Shown here: piece after piece, positions 13,657-23,538 of the stretch
How the letters are laid out: the number at the start of each line of letters is the position of its first letter
Position numbering within the stretch: position 1 is the stretch's first letter
IMG/VR virus record: IMGVR_UViG_3300033076_000793
Coordinates: 1 to 37,774 of that record
Origin: a virus
Lineage: Duplodnaviria > Caudoviricetes
DNA: 37,774 nt
Reading direction: 5' to 3' (one strand)
The notes under the pieces: generated by a model
What the model was told of the DNA's origin: nothing
Databases searched by the model: none
What the model saw: the letters and a program-made list of their open reading frames with translations, nothing else
Translations under genes and position numbers: made by a program

Positions 13657-15117
13657 TTAAACAAGTTTCAGGTGGCCACAGGCGAACCGGCAACCAATAG
13701 CCCAATCAGAACGCCAAACAGAGCTGAGCCAAGCCGAGCAACGAGAGCCCACATACGAGCCCTCGACGCGACTGCCACCAAGCATCACCGCCGTAGGCTG
13801 ACTTGTATAGGCATAAATACCACCTCTGCTATCAGTTAATCCTGTTTTCCATCCATCACCACCAATTCCTTGAACATCATCACCCCAAACCCATTGCGTG
13901 CCGGTAGCTTGTTCAATACCAAACTTAGAAGTAAGTTGTGCTATGTGAAAAATATTACCTCCACCGCCATCGTATGAGCTAGAATCTGTTTGCTCTAAAA
14001 CTCCATACATAGCACTTGGAAATTCACTATATCTCAAACTTCTTTTATCAGAAGCTTTTGCTATTTCATTAACTTGAAACCAAGTTAATTTACCATAATT
14101 TGAGCTTCCATTTCCGCCAAATTCCGTTGGTATTAATGGTATTTCTCTTCCATAATCAGTAGCTCCTCCTGCAATTTTATAACTTGTTATAGATGTTGGA
14201 GCAGAATATTTTCTGATGCCATATCTGCTATCTGCTAAATATATATCGACCCAAATATCCCCAACTTTGACCATCCCACGTGGGTCACAATTCGGTCTGT
14301 GCCAATTAGTCCAAATAGAATAAGCATTAATTCCTGCAATGGCTGTAATATCAGCGGAGGTTTTATTTCCTGTCGGAGTTTCTCCTGGTGGAGTTAGTCC
14401 ATAGTGAAAGCCTCCGATTGTATCAGATTGAATACTTGTGGTTATTGCTGTTTTGCTAAAATAATAATCAGTTCCCGCCGTAGGACTTGTAAGTGTAAGT
14501 GTAGTTCCATCAACAGAAATTTGATTATATGCAACTTTTGTTGGTAAGCTTATATAAGAATTGAGGTTAACATCTCCGCTTCCTAAAATAGAAACTCCAC
14601 CAATAGTCTTGATATTAGTACCACTAACTAAAGTTGGCTGTACTGCTACATTTCCACTACCCAATAAACTTGCACTATTTACAGTTTTTATATTAGTACC
14701 ACTAACTAAAGTTGGCTGTACTGCTACATCTCCACTACCCAATAAACTTGCACTATTTACAGTTTTTATATTAGTACCACTAACTAAAGTTGCTTGTTTT
14801 TCTGTATCTAGCTCATTTATAGCACCTTGCACTGTTGTTGAGCTTATGTTTCCAGCCGGCGTGTTTACGGGGCTAATAGTTTTTGTTGCTACATCATAAA
14901 CATAAAGGGATACCCATCCGTCATTTGTATGATTACGAATCTTTAAATAATATGTTGAAGCGTTTGATATATCGCCCCAAAGCATACCAGCTTGAGTCGT
15001 TGAAGGCGCAACGCTTCCGCTATTATTTGTCAAAATTGCTTGAAAAATTTGATTAACTTCAGTTCTCATCGCTAATCCTGTGGGATTTGGAGAGATTACA
15101 TAATCAGCTTGAGCCAT
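13657..15117 (-). CDS. mtd: Receptor-binding tail protein with an Mtd (major tropism determinant)-like C-type lectin domain
   Basis: IGGFHY...INAYSIW...RP..DPRGM..V...WVDIYL...SKFGIEQATG..WVWG...LGG...GSR...W...G.R..C.HL closely parallels Bordetella phage BPP-1 Mtd as I recall it. Confidence 0.88.
   Translation of the reverse strand: MAQADYVISPNPTGLAMRTEVNQIFQAILTNNSGSVAPSTTQAGMLWGDISNASTYYLKIRNHTNDGWVSLYVYDVATKTISPVNTPAGNISSTTVQGAINELDTEKQATLVSGTNIKTVNSASLLGSGDVAVQPTLVSGTNIKTVNSASLLGSGNVAVQPTLVSGTNIKTIGGVSILGSGDVNLNSYISLPTKVAYNQISVDGTTLTLTSPTAGTDYYFSKTAITTSIQSDTIGGFHYGLTPPGETPTGNKTSADITAIAGINAYSIWTNWHRPNCDPRGMVKVGDIWVDIYLADSRYGIRKYSAPTSITSYKIAGGATDYGREIPLIPTEFGGNGSSNYGKLTWFQVNEIAKASDKRSLRYSEFPSAMYGVLEQTDSSSYDGGGGNIFHIAQLTSKFGIEQATGTQWVWGDDVQGIGGDGWKTGLTDSRGGIYAYTSQPTAVMLGGSRVEGSYVGSRCSAWLSSVWRSDWAIGCRFACGHLKLV
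13669..13800 (-). other. DGR-type variable region (VR) at the 3' end of the mtd-like gene
   Basis: 44 codons; hand count gives 82/132 G+C, 10 adenines and no A at any third codon position, unlike the rest of the gene. Confidence 0.8.
14612..14792. repeat. 78-bp tandem repeat (about 2.3 near-exact units plus a degenerate unit) encoding TLVSGTNIKTVNSASLLGSGDVAVQP
   Basis: atattagtaccactaactaaagttg at 14612, 14690 and 14768; one mismatch between full units. Confidence 0.92.
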
Positions 15118-18100
15118 TAATATCCTTTCACGAAATAATTAAATGTTCGCACTACGTTAGTGCCACTGTTTTTGATAATTATATCAAAACTTTCATCTGT
15201 CTGGTTTGTTAGTATTGCATCATCTCCAACCGTTGCATTAACTATTGTGATTTGTACATCTGGCGCGGTACTAAAATTATTTTGATATGTAATAGTTTTA
15301 ATGCTAGTATTGCTTACGTCATTTCCAGATTCATAAAGATCCGGCATATCAACTGTAAATTCAAAATTTGTAATAATTGGTGTAACATCTTGATTAAAAC
15401 TTGATAAAACTAATCTAAATTTAAAAGCTTGCGCAAGATAATCTCCTGCAATAAATTTACTATAATCCCCAAAATTAACTCCATCTTGGCTTGTTGAAAT
15501 CTGAACTTCTACAACAAAATCACTACTAATATAACCATCAATAGTGTTAACACTATCTACATCTAAAAGCGCATCAAAATCATCCCTAACGCTTGTTGCT
15601 TCTAGTTCTAAATTATAGCTTAATGTGCATACTTTTGGCCAAGCTAAACTTACATTATGAGCTAAAGGAATCTCATACATCCCTTGGCTAACAATTTCGC
15701 TTCCATAATCAAAATTTATAATACTATCTACATCTAAATATTCATCAACATCATCTGTGCTAACTAAAGTTAAATATCCATCATCATTTATTTGTGTGTT
15801 TGTTAGTGTTCCGCTCCAATTAGTTTCAAATTCATTCCATGTTACTAAAACATTTTTTAATAATTGAGCTTCATCAACAATTAGAATTTTTGGATTTTCT
15901 GATTCGATTTTTAATCCACTTGAATATTGATAAGTAGCTTTAATCATGTAAGTGCCATTAGAAAAAATATTCAATTTATAGTCTGTTGTTTTTTCTATAA
16001 ATTGAGCATTTTCCCAGCTATTACCTTTTTTTACCTCATAAAAAATAGGCGTTCTAGTTGTGCTTATTTTATCCCAAAACATTAAAATATTATTATTCAG
16101 ATAGGAACTGTTTACGCTTGCAACATCATTTAGTGGTGTTATTGTTGCTGTTTGTTGTGTATATGTAGATTGATTTCCAGCTGTATCAATTGCGATAACT
16201 CTAAAATTAGATTGAATTTTATTTATTTTAGCTTTAAACACAAATCCAGATGTTTCACCCACCAAGTCATTATCTTGATAAATTTGAAATGTTTTAAAAT
16301 CTGTTGGCATATAGCCATAGCTCCATGACAAAGCCCAATCATCAAGCTCTTCAATAATTGTTAAATTGCTTATTGCTTCTGGTGCTGAGGCTTGTGTATT
16401 TATACTTACTCCGTCGCTCAAAACATTGCTTGTGTCACATACTTTAACCGTAAAACTCTTAGTGTCCAATCCTCGTGAAAAATATTCAAACGATTTTATT
16501 TTTGTTCTTCCAACTTCAACATTATTTAAATAGATAACATATTCTTGAAAATCTAACTCGATGTTTTCATGAGTCCAACTCAATGAAAATACATTTCCAA
16601 CCTCTGATGCTGATAGCGAATCAATATCACTTGGTGGATATAAATCTCCTTGAATAACAAAAGTAAACGGATCAACATCTTCCATCGCTTGCTTTGCAAC
16701 TCCATAAATGTTAAACGATAAAGCTTTGTAATAGATTGTTTTGCCAATCATATCTACTGTAAAAGACTGTTTTGTTATGCTTGAATCTAATCTTTCAAAT
16801 CTTGATCCTATTGCGTGCGATACTTGTATGGACTTATAAAGGCCTCTTTCGGTAACCGTTAAATTGTATTTATATTGCGCAGTCAAAGTTGCTGTGGTAT
16901 ATCGTATAATCTCCCCGCCAATCAACGCCAGCGCTCCGCCTTCGGTTGATATTAGCGTCCCTTGTGATTCTGTTAAATCGACGCTTACAATATTTCCTGA
17001 CTCCCAATTTGCGCTTGTATATCCGGTTCTTGTAGGTTGTGTAACTGTTGTTAAATATGCGTATGATGAATTGTCAAAAGAAACATACAAATCACACCCG
17101 CCCCAATTTCTGCCTCCACTTAATCCAATCCAAATTTCATAATTATTTGAAAGTAATAAAGGCGGTTCGAATATAACAGGTTGATTAATATTACCCGATG
17201 GAACATTGTAATCCATCGCCGTTCCTTGTGCTTGCTCGTTTGGATACAAAGTTGCCGACGCGATCCCGAATGGCCACTCTTCCGCTGTTATGCTTAAAAT
17301 GCCCTCATCATCCTCTTTTATCTCGGTAACTCTAACGGCTAATTTATCAAACCCAAGCTTTGAATCTGTTAGAGTAATTAAATCCATCGGTTCAAGCAAA
17401 CAATATTTCCAACTTACTTTTAAATCATATTTATTTCTTACATAAAGCGTTCTTTGAAGCATTATTTGGCTGATTTTTTTCGCTGTCGCTGAATCGCAAA
17501 CCGAATGAATTTGAATAGCGTCACTTGGTCTTAAACCGTATAAGTCAATATTTGCAAGGTCTTTTGATTCTGCTATTTCTGCATTGTACGCGTTGGATCT
17601 ATTAAGAAACTCAATTTTGATGTGGTTATAAGCGTCTGCGTTTGTTGATCGCGTAACTTTTATTGGCTCATCAATATCTATGTAATCATCGTCTGTTAAA
17701 TCATAGACCGGCGTCGTATTTGGTGTAAATGTTACGCCGTTTGCTGTTGAAACTGAGTCGCCATAAGGTACAATTTTTAAAACGCCCTCACTCCAAATAA
17801 AAGCCGAATTTGTAGCTTTTAAAAAATCCTCAATATGCTCATTGGCTGCTTTTTGCTCATCAAACATCGGTGACATTAAAAGGTTATTTGCCAAACAATA
17901 GTTGTTGTATTGAGTAAGATCACCAATCTTTGAAGCTGGAAAGCCTGCTCCATAATTTACATTTGTTAAAAAATCATAAATCACTTCTTTTGGATTTGCA
18001 TCGGTCGAATTATAAAGCTTTAATCCTTTGACCTCATAAGTTAGATTTGGAAGTGAGGCGTTATCTCCTAAGTTAAACAAAGCGTTTGCAAGATAAGCTT

Positions 18101-18512
18101 GTCCGCGATAATTTATTGCTTTGCCTGGATGGTTTGACGTTAAGAAACCCCATACGCCTTGACCATAAGATCCATTGAAAAATGTAAATCCCAAATCAGC
18201 TAAAGTCTTAAGCTCTTTGTCTGCCCAAATATTGCCAACCGAATTAATTTGACCCTCGCAAAGCCCAAACATAAGCGACGCCGTATAAGTGTAAGTAGTG
18301 TTTGAAGATGTAACGCCACCTCCACCTTTTCCACCCGACGATTGTGTTTCTGTGTGAGGCGTTGCGACGAAGTCATCATACCAAAAAATGTTTGCAGCTA
18401 TTCTTTGTGTTCCATAAATTATAGGAATTACACGGCCATAAGCAGATGTTTGAAGTTGAAGCCCTGCGATCCTTGGCGCTGTATTTGTGATTGTTGAGGA
18501 TTTGCCGCCCAT
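15117..18512 (-). CDS. Tail tip / host-specificity protein (GTA-type phage-tail hub with FN3-like repeats)
   Basis: LQLQTSAYGRVIPIIYGTQRIAAN...GLCEG...LPNLTYEV...LEPMD; beta-rich repeats; follows NlpC/P60. Confidence 0.85.
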   Translation of the reverse strand: MGGKSSTITNTAPRIAGLQLQTSAYGRVIPIIYGTQRIAANIFWYDDFVATPHTETQSSGGKGGGGVTSSNTTYTYTASLMFGLCEGQINSVGNIWADKELKTLADLGFTFFNGSYGQGVWGFLTSNHPGKAINYRGQAYLANALFNLGDNASLPNLTYEVKGLKLYNSTDANPKEVIYDFLTNVNYGAGFPASKIGDLTQYNNYCLANNLLMSPMFDEQKAANEHIEDFLKATNSAFIWSEGVLKIVPYGDSVSTANGVTFTPNTTPVYDLTDDDYIDIDEPIKVTRSTNADAYNHIKIEFLNRSNAYNAEIAESKDLANIDLYGLRPSDAIQIHSVCDSATAKKISQIMLQRTLYVRNKYDLKVSWKYCLLEPMDLITLTDSKLGFDKLAVRVTEIKEDDEGILSITAEEWPFGIASATLYPNEQAQGTAMDYNVPSGNINQPVIFEPPLLLSNNYEIWIGLSGGRNWGGCDLYVSFDNSSYAYLTTVTQPTRTGYTSANWESGNIVSVDLTESQGTLISTEGGALALIGGEIIRYTTATLTAQYKYNLTVTERGLYKSIQVSHAIGSRFERLDSSITKQSFTVDMIGKTIYYKALSFNIYGVAKQAMEDVDPFTFVIQGDLYPPSDIDSLSASEVGNVFSLSWTHENIELDFQEYVIYLNNVEVGRTKIKSFEYFSRGLDTKSFTVKVCDTSNVLSDGVSINTQASAPEAISNLTIIEELDDWALSWSYGYMPTDFKTFQIYQDNDLVGETSGFVFKAKINKIQSNFRVIAIDTAGNQSTYTQQTATITPLNDVASVNSSYLNNNILMFWDKISTTRTPIFYEVKKGNSWENAQFIEKTTDYKLNIFSNGTYMIKATYQYSSGLKIESENPKILIVDEAQLLKNVLVTWNEFETNWSGTLTNTQINDDGYLTLVSTDDVDEYLDVDSIINFDYGSEIVSQGMYEIPLAHNVSLAWPKVCTLSYNLELEATSVRDDFDALLDVDSVNTIDGYISSDFVVEVQISTSQDGVNFGDYSKFIAGDYLAQAFKFRLVLSSFNQDVTPIITNFEFTVDMPDLYESGNDVSNTSIKTITYQNNFSTAPDVQITIVNATVGDDAILTNQTDESFDIIIKNSGTNVVRTFNYFVKGY

Positions 18513-18532
18513 TTTATCAAACCTTTTTGTTA

Positions 18533-18541
18533 ATTATAACA
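18533..18541 (-). promoter_or_regulatory. Extended -10 box upstream of the tail tip gene
   Basis: TGTTATAAT about 20 nt before the ATG. Confidence 0.4.
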
Positions 18542-18956
18542 ATTTATTAAGCCGGTAAAATCCATAAAATCTATCTTCTAAATTTGCCTCTAAATAATGG
18601 CTAATTGTAACCCCAATATTTATAAGTGCGTGAACGATATTTAAATCCTCATCAATTATGATTCCTGAGTGTGAAATACATCTTCCAAACTTGTATAAAC
18701 AAATATCACCGATTTGAGGATCCTCAACCCTTGTGCAATATTGATTAACAAAGCCTAAGTATTTTTCTTCGCTTCGGTGTAAATTCCAATCTTGCGAATA
18801 AGCCCCCGTATCAAACTTATCAAGCAAGCCAACATTTCCATAAACTTCAATTAAAATCTGCCCACAATCAACCCCAACATTTTTAATGTTAGCTCCTGAA
18901 TGGTATTTAGTCCCAACCCAGCTTAACGCTTCTTCTACAATTTCTTTTTGTTTCAT
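18534..18956 (-). CDS. NlpC/P60 tail-associated peptidase
   Basis: EALSWVGTKYH...GVDCG...HSGI...IVHA. Confidence 0.9.
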   Translation of the reverse strand: MKQKEIVEEALSWVGTKYHSGANIKNVGVDCGQILIEVYGNVGLLDKFDTGAYSQDWNLHRSEEKYLGFVNQYCTRVEDPQIGDICLYKFGRCISHSGIIIDEDLNIVHALINIGVTISHYLEANLEDRFYGFYRLNKLL

Positions 18957-18959
18957 TTT

Positions 18960-19802
18960 TTACCTTATGGTTTCGTTTTGTGGCAAATAAGGGTAACCCC
19001 TATAATTTGAAAGATTGTTAAATTTAGCCTTGCAAGTCGTCATCGTTCTATCGCAACCGGCAAGAAGTCTGAATGTATCGCCCGCCTGAACAACATTCGG
19101 CAAAGTCAAAGTAACTTCGATTTGATTTGTTAAATGTGTTTTAATTGTACGCGTTACGCCCGCATTTGCACCGCTTAAAAACTCGATTATGCCCTCGTTG
19201 AACCAACCGGCAGACTGAGGAATATTTGCATTTATAATCCGATTTGATCCCCCATTTAAAACTATAAGATTGACATAATTTTTGGAGGCTGCGCAACCTG
19301 TATCGTAAACCGCGTGAATGCACGACGGCTGATATAAGTTTTTAGGCATCTGAATGTTTAAAAGCTCTAAATCACTATTTATAGTGATATTTGCTTCAAA
19401 TCTTGTCGTTGCGACTTCCGAAACTCTACCTGAAAAAATCCAAACATCACCCACCGGTGAAAGTGGATCCGTGAAAAACAATCTTTTAAGCTGTAATGTA
19501 GCTCCATCAAGCCCGCCGTTTGCCAATAGCTTAAAGAAATTAACGTCATTGTAAAAGCTATCATCGCCAGCGTTTATTTTAATATTTAAGCTATCAACTT
19601 GTATGCCCGTAACAATACTAACACCCGACCGCTGAATCAATAATCCTTTTTTTAGATATTTGTTTCCGCCCCAAGTCAAATCAATATCGTAATTTGTATA
19701 TCTGTAAACGGTGTTATCTCTTAATGTGAACGTGTATAAATCCGCCATTAAAAACTCATTTGTTTTTAGCAGATTGATTAAATCCGTGCTTGCGGTCTTC
19801 AT
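18960..19802 (-). CDS. DUF2163/BR0599 tail hub protein
   Basis: YQPSC...YD.GC...GDTF.L.AGCDRTMTTCKAKFNN..NYRGYP.LP. Confidence 0.9.
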   Translation of the reverse strand: MKTASTDLINLLKTNEFLMADLYTFTLRDNTVYRYTNYDIDLTWGGNKYLKKGLLIQRSGVSIVTGIQVDSLNIKINAGDDSFYNDVNFFKLLANGGLDGATLQLKRLFFTDPLSPVGDVWIFSGRVSEVATTRFEANITINSDLELLNIQMPKNLYQPSCIHAVYDTGCAASKNYVNLIVLNGGSNRIINANIPQSAGWFNEGIIEFLSGANAGVTRTIKTHLTNQIEVTLTLPNVVQAGDTFRLLAGCDRTMTTCKAKFNNLSNYRGYPYLPQNETIR

Positions 19803-20377
19803 AGTTTCACGCTCGTAAAACTTACCTTTTTAGCTTCCCAAATATTGTACATAAATTGGCTAAAATCCATTTTATCTTCTAAGAATCTGCAAGGATAATA
19901 AAACTCCCCACTCCATGACAAAACCGCTCCGCTTTCTGGCTCTGTTGTAAAACTAATAAGTCCGTTACTGCTCGTAAAGTCTGTTGTTGGCGTTCCGTCT
20001 ATGCTGATTGTGTAGTTTAAAGGCGCTTGTATAATATCTATAAACCCACCATAATTTCTGATTAATTGAAAGTCTTTATCCGATCCGGTTCCAACTCCAA
20101 AGTTTTGATTTGTAACTGTATAATCAAAAGGGTCTTTAAAATAAAACGTTTCATAGCTTCCCTTGCATTGCAAATAAAATCCAGCTAACGTCTTAAGCTC
20201 GTTGCTGTTTACATCAGTTCTTAGAAATTCGTATTTAAGCGCAAAATTCCAAAGCGGGTAAGCCATTAAAGGTGTTCTAACCTCATAACCGCTAACCGCC
20301 CTTTTTATGTTTGTTGAAAATTGAGGCGTTTTTGTTCTATCTAAAGTCAAGCCCGCCAATTCGGGAAAAATTAACAT
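19799..20377 (-). CDS. DUF2460 distal tail protein
   Basis: PQFSTNI...SGYEVR...F.FKDPFD...GTG....FQL...W.GEFYYPCRF..D. Confidence 0.9.
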   Translation of the reverse strand: MLIFPELAGLTLDRTKTPQFSTNIKRAVSGYEVRTPLMAYPLWNFALKYEFLRTDVNSNELKTLAGFYLQCKGSYETFYFKDPFDYTVTNQNFGVGTGSDKDFQLIRNYGGFIDIIQAPLNYTISIDGTPTTDFTSSNGLISFTTEPESGAVLSWSGEFYYPCRFLEDKMDFSQFMYNIWEAKKVSFTSVKL

Positions 20378-20405
20378 ATCACACCTTTTTTGTTTTAATT
20401 ATAGC

Positions 20406-22955
20406 TTATCGTGCAAACGCTCGGTTCTGTTTTTTTAGCGCATCAACTAACGCGCCCCCGTGACTCATAAATAAATCTTTTACTCCCTTAGCGTCCACGG
20501 CATTAATTGTTATATTTGTTCCGCCACCCATTCCGCCACCGCCGGCTAAATTCTCTCTTAAAGGATTCGCGATACTTGCTGGCAAAACCATCTCTTCTTG
20601 GTGCAATTGCGTCATAGGATTAACCCCGCTTGGAATATCATAACCCCTACTCGCTGAGGCAATATTTCTTGCAAAGCCTACAACCGCCGCAACCGCTCCA
20701 ATTGCCATTGCTGGCGCCAAAAATGGTCCAACAAAAGGGATTGCCGCAATAGATTTATAAACATTTGCAGCCGCAGTCCACGCGCTGTTTAATATTTCTT
20801 TTATACTTTCACCGGCTGACATTGCGGATCTTGTCGCGCTTGCTCCCGCTTGAATAGTTGTTTTTGCACCTTCTGTAACGGCTTTTGTCGCGACTTCTTT
20901 TGCTCCAAATAGTTTTGACATAGCCTCCATTATTACATGCTCTTTGATCCAATCGGTGGCCATTTTAATTGCCATTTTAGTAAATTCTTGACCAATCGCC
21001 GGAATAATTCCCCTAACGAATGTTGAAAATTTAAGCGTTCCTTGTGTCATTTTTAACAAAGCATCTTCAAGGCTGTTCGCTAAATTATCGCCCATAGTTT
21101 TAAATGGTGCGAATGAATTTATTGCTAATTGATTTGACGATTCTTTCATTTTAGTTTCGTGCTGTTTTTGTAACAATTCAATTTGCAACAAGTATTCCCG
21201 ATATTTTTCAATATTATTTTTATTAAGCTCGGCTTCTTTGTTTAATGTTTCAAGCCTGATTTGGTATCTTTGGACTTCAAGGCCTCTAAGAATTTGAAGC
21301 TTTTCTTGTTCTGAGATTAAGCCTTGTTGCGAATACATTTCGTACAAATTAGATTCTTGTTGTAGCCCTTCAAGCTGTAAAGATTGCGTTTGTTGTAGCT
21401 TTTGCGTTTCTATCTCAATACTTTTGTCTTTGTATTCCTTTTCCGCCGCTAATTTATTAAGTAACGCTTGTCTGTACTCGGTAGAATCTTTGTCATACTT
21501 GCTCGCGATCAAATTAAAGATTTTTTCATAAGCATCTTTTTTTGTTTCAAGATTTGTTCTGTCTAAGTCTGCCTGAAATTTTAAATCATCGACTTGTTTT
21601 TTAACAACTTCCCTTTGTGAAGCAAGTGTTAATTCACTAATCTTTTTTTGTATTTCAAGCGTGGCATTTTTGTATTTTTCTCCGCCAGCTTGTGCAATTC
21701 CAAGCTTTGAATTCCAAAATGCCAACTCTTCCGCTTTGGTGTATTCGTGGAATGCCCCTAAAGCCTCTTTTTGCTTTTCAAGTTGCATTTGAAGCTCTCG
21801 CATAAGAGTAGATGATTCGTCTTTTGTTTCTTTGCTTTCTTCTGGCTTGACAAAGCCTTTAGATCCTTCACCTTTGCCAACTATGAGGCTGCTTTTTACA
21901 CCTTTGCTCATATTAGCGTTATAGTCTTCAATCATTTTTTTAGACATATTAATTAACGCATCGCCGTGTTGTTTGGTTTCTGTGTGGATTGCATCAAGTC
22001 CGGCTTTCCAATGGTTTTTTGCATCGCCGAAATTAAAATGTAAAGCATCCCAGGCAACTTGCGCAAATAAAACAATCCAATCAATTAACTGCTCAAATCC
22101 ATACATAACCGCGTAAGCTGCTATTTTTAAAACATCAAGGATAAAAACAAAAACCGCCATTGCTTGTCTTGCAATATTAACCGCCTTTGGTCCTATCTCA
22201 CTAAACCAATTTGCAAGCTTAGTAAGTACCGGCATAAGCGCTTCGCCAATAGCTTTTTTGATCGCCGAAATGGTATCTCCAAAGTCATTCATTGCGGCTT
22301 TGTATTCTTTTGTTGATTTTACATTTTTATCGGTAATTTGTAGATTTAGTTCTTCATTTTTCTTTTTAGCATCATCAAGCATTTGGCTGTTTAGCTTAAG
22401 AAACTTTAACGCCTCTTGTCCACTTCTGCCAAATAATTCTTGCGCAGCTGCGTTTCTATCCGTTCCTTCTTTATAACCTCTTAAGGCTTCCACGGCATTC
22501 ATAAAAATAGTTCGCTGATTTAATAAATCACCGTTTGCGTCCCTTGTAGCGACGCCCATATCATTAACCGCGCCTTCGTTTTGTCTAATATGAGCTGTTA
22601 GTTTTTGATTTGCTGAGGAAAATTCATCGGCTGTAATATAAGCATCACCCAAAGCCGTTACAAGGTCTGACACTTCGCCAACCGCTTCGCCTAAAGCCAT
22701 AGATAGCTTCATTGATTCTCCGGTTAGATTCTTGACCTCATTAACCGAGTCTTTAAATGCTGCGCCACCGGCCAAAATAGTCGTTATGCCCATCAATATT
22801 ACATTAAATCTTGTGAATACGGCCATTGTTGACTCAGCGGCCGCTTTCATACTATTAGTTGCGCTTGTAAATGATGTTTGCGCTTCCGCCATACCAGCCT
22901 TAAGCCCTTCGACCGCCGCCGTAATCCTGACTTGTGCGTTTAGTTCTTCTGCCAT
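20406..22955 (-). CDS. Tape measure protein
   Basis: Long Ala-rich helical ORF after the chaperones; C-terminal GYDIPSGVNPMTQLHQEEMVLPA; start moved to ATG at 22955 (MAEELN). Confidence 0.92.
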   Translation of the reverse strand: MAEELNAQVRITAAVEGLKAGMAEAQTSFTSATNSMKAAAESTMAVFTRFNVILMGITTILAGGAAFKDSVNEVKNLTGESMKLSMALGEAVGEVSDLVTALGDAYITADEFSSANQKLTAHIRQNEGAVNDMGVATRDANGDLLNQRTIFMNAVEALRGYKEGTDRNAAAQELFGRSGQEALKFLKLNSQMLDDAKKKNEELNLQITDKNVKSTKEYKAAMNDFGDTISAIKKAIGEALMPVLTKLANWFSEIGPKAVNIARQAMAVFVFILDVLKIAAYAVMYGFEQLIDWIVLFAQVAWDALHFNFGDAKNHWKAGLDAIHTETKQHGDALINMSKKMIEDYNANMSKGVKSSLIVGKGEGSKGFVKPEESKETKDESSTLMRELQMQLEKQKEALGAFHEYTKAEELAFWNSKLGIAQAGGEKYKNATLEIQKKISELTLASQREVVKKQVDDLKFQADLDRTNLETKKDAYEKIFNLIASKYDKDSTEYRQALLNKLAAEKEYKDKSIEIETQKLQQTQSLQLEGLQQESNLYEMYSQQGLISEQEKLQILRGLEVQRYQIRLETLNKEAELNKNNIEKYREYLLQIELLQKQHETKMKESSNQLAINSFAPFKTMGDNLANSLEDALLKMTQGTLKFSTFVRGIIPAIGQEFTKMAIKMATDWIKEHVIMEAMSKLFGAKEVATKAVTEGAKTTIQAGASATRSAMSAGESIKEILNSAWTAAANVYKSIAAIPFVGPFLAPAMAIGAVAAVVGFARNIASASRGYDIPSGVNPMTQLHQEEMVLPASIANPLRENLAGGGGMGGGTNITINAVDAKGVKDLFMSHGGALVDALKKQNRAFAR

Positions 22956-22956
22956 T

Positions 22957-23196
22957 TTAAAAAAATCCTTCGTTTTGAAGTTGCGACATAAACTCATCAA
23001 AATTTTGTTCTTTTGGAGATTCTGTCTTAATTCCTAAATAAGATTTTACCATAATGTGAATTGGTGGATTTTTTTCGTAATATTTGTTGAGTGAAATTAT
23101 TTGTTCAAGCGTTGTGCGGTAAAGGATATAATCCCACCGCCAACCCGTACACGCTACAATGTGCGCAATTATTTCGTCCCAATCAACCTGCGTTAC
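22957..23196 (-). CDS. Tail assembly chaperone extension (gpT-like), reached by -1 frameshift
   Basis: 79 open codons VTQVDWDEIIAHIVACTGWRWDYI...NEGFF begin exactly at the slippery site and stop just before the tape measure ATG. Confidence 0.85.
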   Translation of the reverse strand, partial: VTQVDWDEIIAHIVACTGWRWDYILYRTTLEQIISLNKYYEKNPPIHIMVKSYLGIKTESPKEQNFDEFMSQLQNEGFF

Positions 23197-23513
23197 TTTC
23201 CCTCGTCGTTAGAGTGTTTTCCTGTCATTTCTTGGACGATATTTGCATAAATCGGCTCTATGTCTGTTATCGCTAAATTATATTTTATAAGCTTAATGTA
23301 TTGCTCTTTTTTAGCCAAATCTATTTCGTCATAAGGGATTTTTTCTGTCCCATTAATCATAGATTGTGCCAAAATATCAATCATAGCTTCAAAGCTATCA
23401 ACTTCTGTCATTTCGCCGTTTTTGATCTTTTTATCAAAGCCCATCGCTTCGATTGCATGGATCATGGCAAGCTTTCCTGTTTCATAAAACTTGCCTTTGA
23501 TTTCGATTTTCAT
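23193..23513 (-). CDS. Tail assembly chaperone (gpG-like)
   Basis: Lies between major tail and tape measure genes; ends in the slippery heptamer. Confidence 0.85.
   Translation of the reverse strand: MKIEIKGKFYETGKLAMIHAIEAMGFDKKIKNGEMTEVDSFEAMIDILAQSMINGTEKIPYDEIDLAKKEQYIKLIKYNLAITDIEPIYANIVQEMTGKHSNDEGK
23196..23202 (-). promoter_or_regulatory. Programmed -1 ribosomal frameshift heptamer GGGAAAG
   Basis: G GGA AAG TAA at the end of the chaperone gene; same heptamer as lambda G/T. Confidence 0.9.
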
Positions 23514-23538
23514 AAGTAATCGTTTCCTTTTTTTATTT

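Noticed and set aside
13643-13705. N-terminal extension of ORF 13316..13705 overlapping the VR
   Set aside because: A better ATG with SD AAAGGA lies at 13642; the extension is an alternate frame of the mtd-like 3' end.
14612-14792. Regularly spaced repeats as a CRISPR array
   Set aside because: The intervening sequences are also identical and in frame, so this is a coding tandem repeat.
6796-19564. Nested minus-strand ORFs 6796..6984, 8218..8409, 19141..19323 and 19379..19564
   Set aside because: Alternate frames fully inside recT, the DUF1351-like gene and the DUF2163 gene, with no independent signals.
22956-23000. Tape measure start at 23000
   Set aside because: It overlaps the frameshift-extension ORF; ATG at 22955 directly follows that stop.
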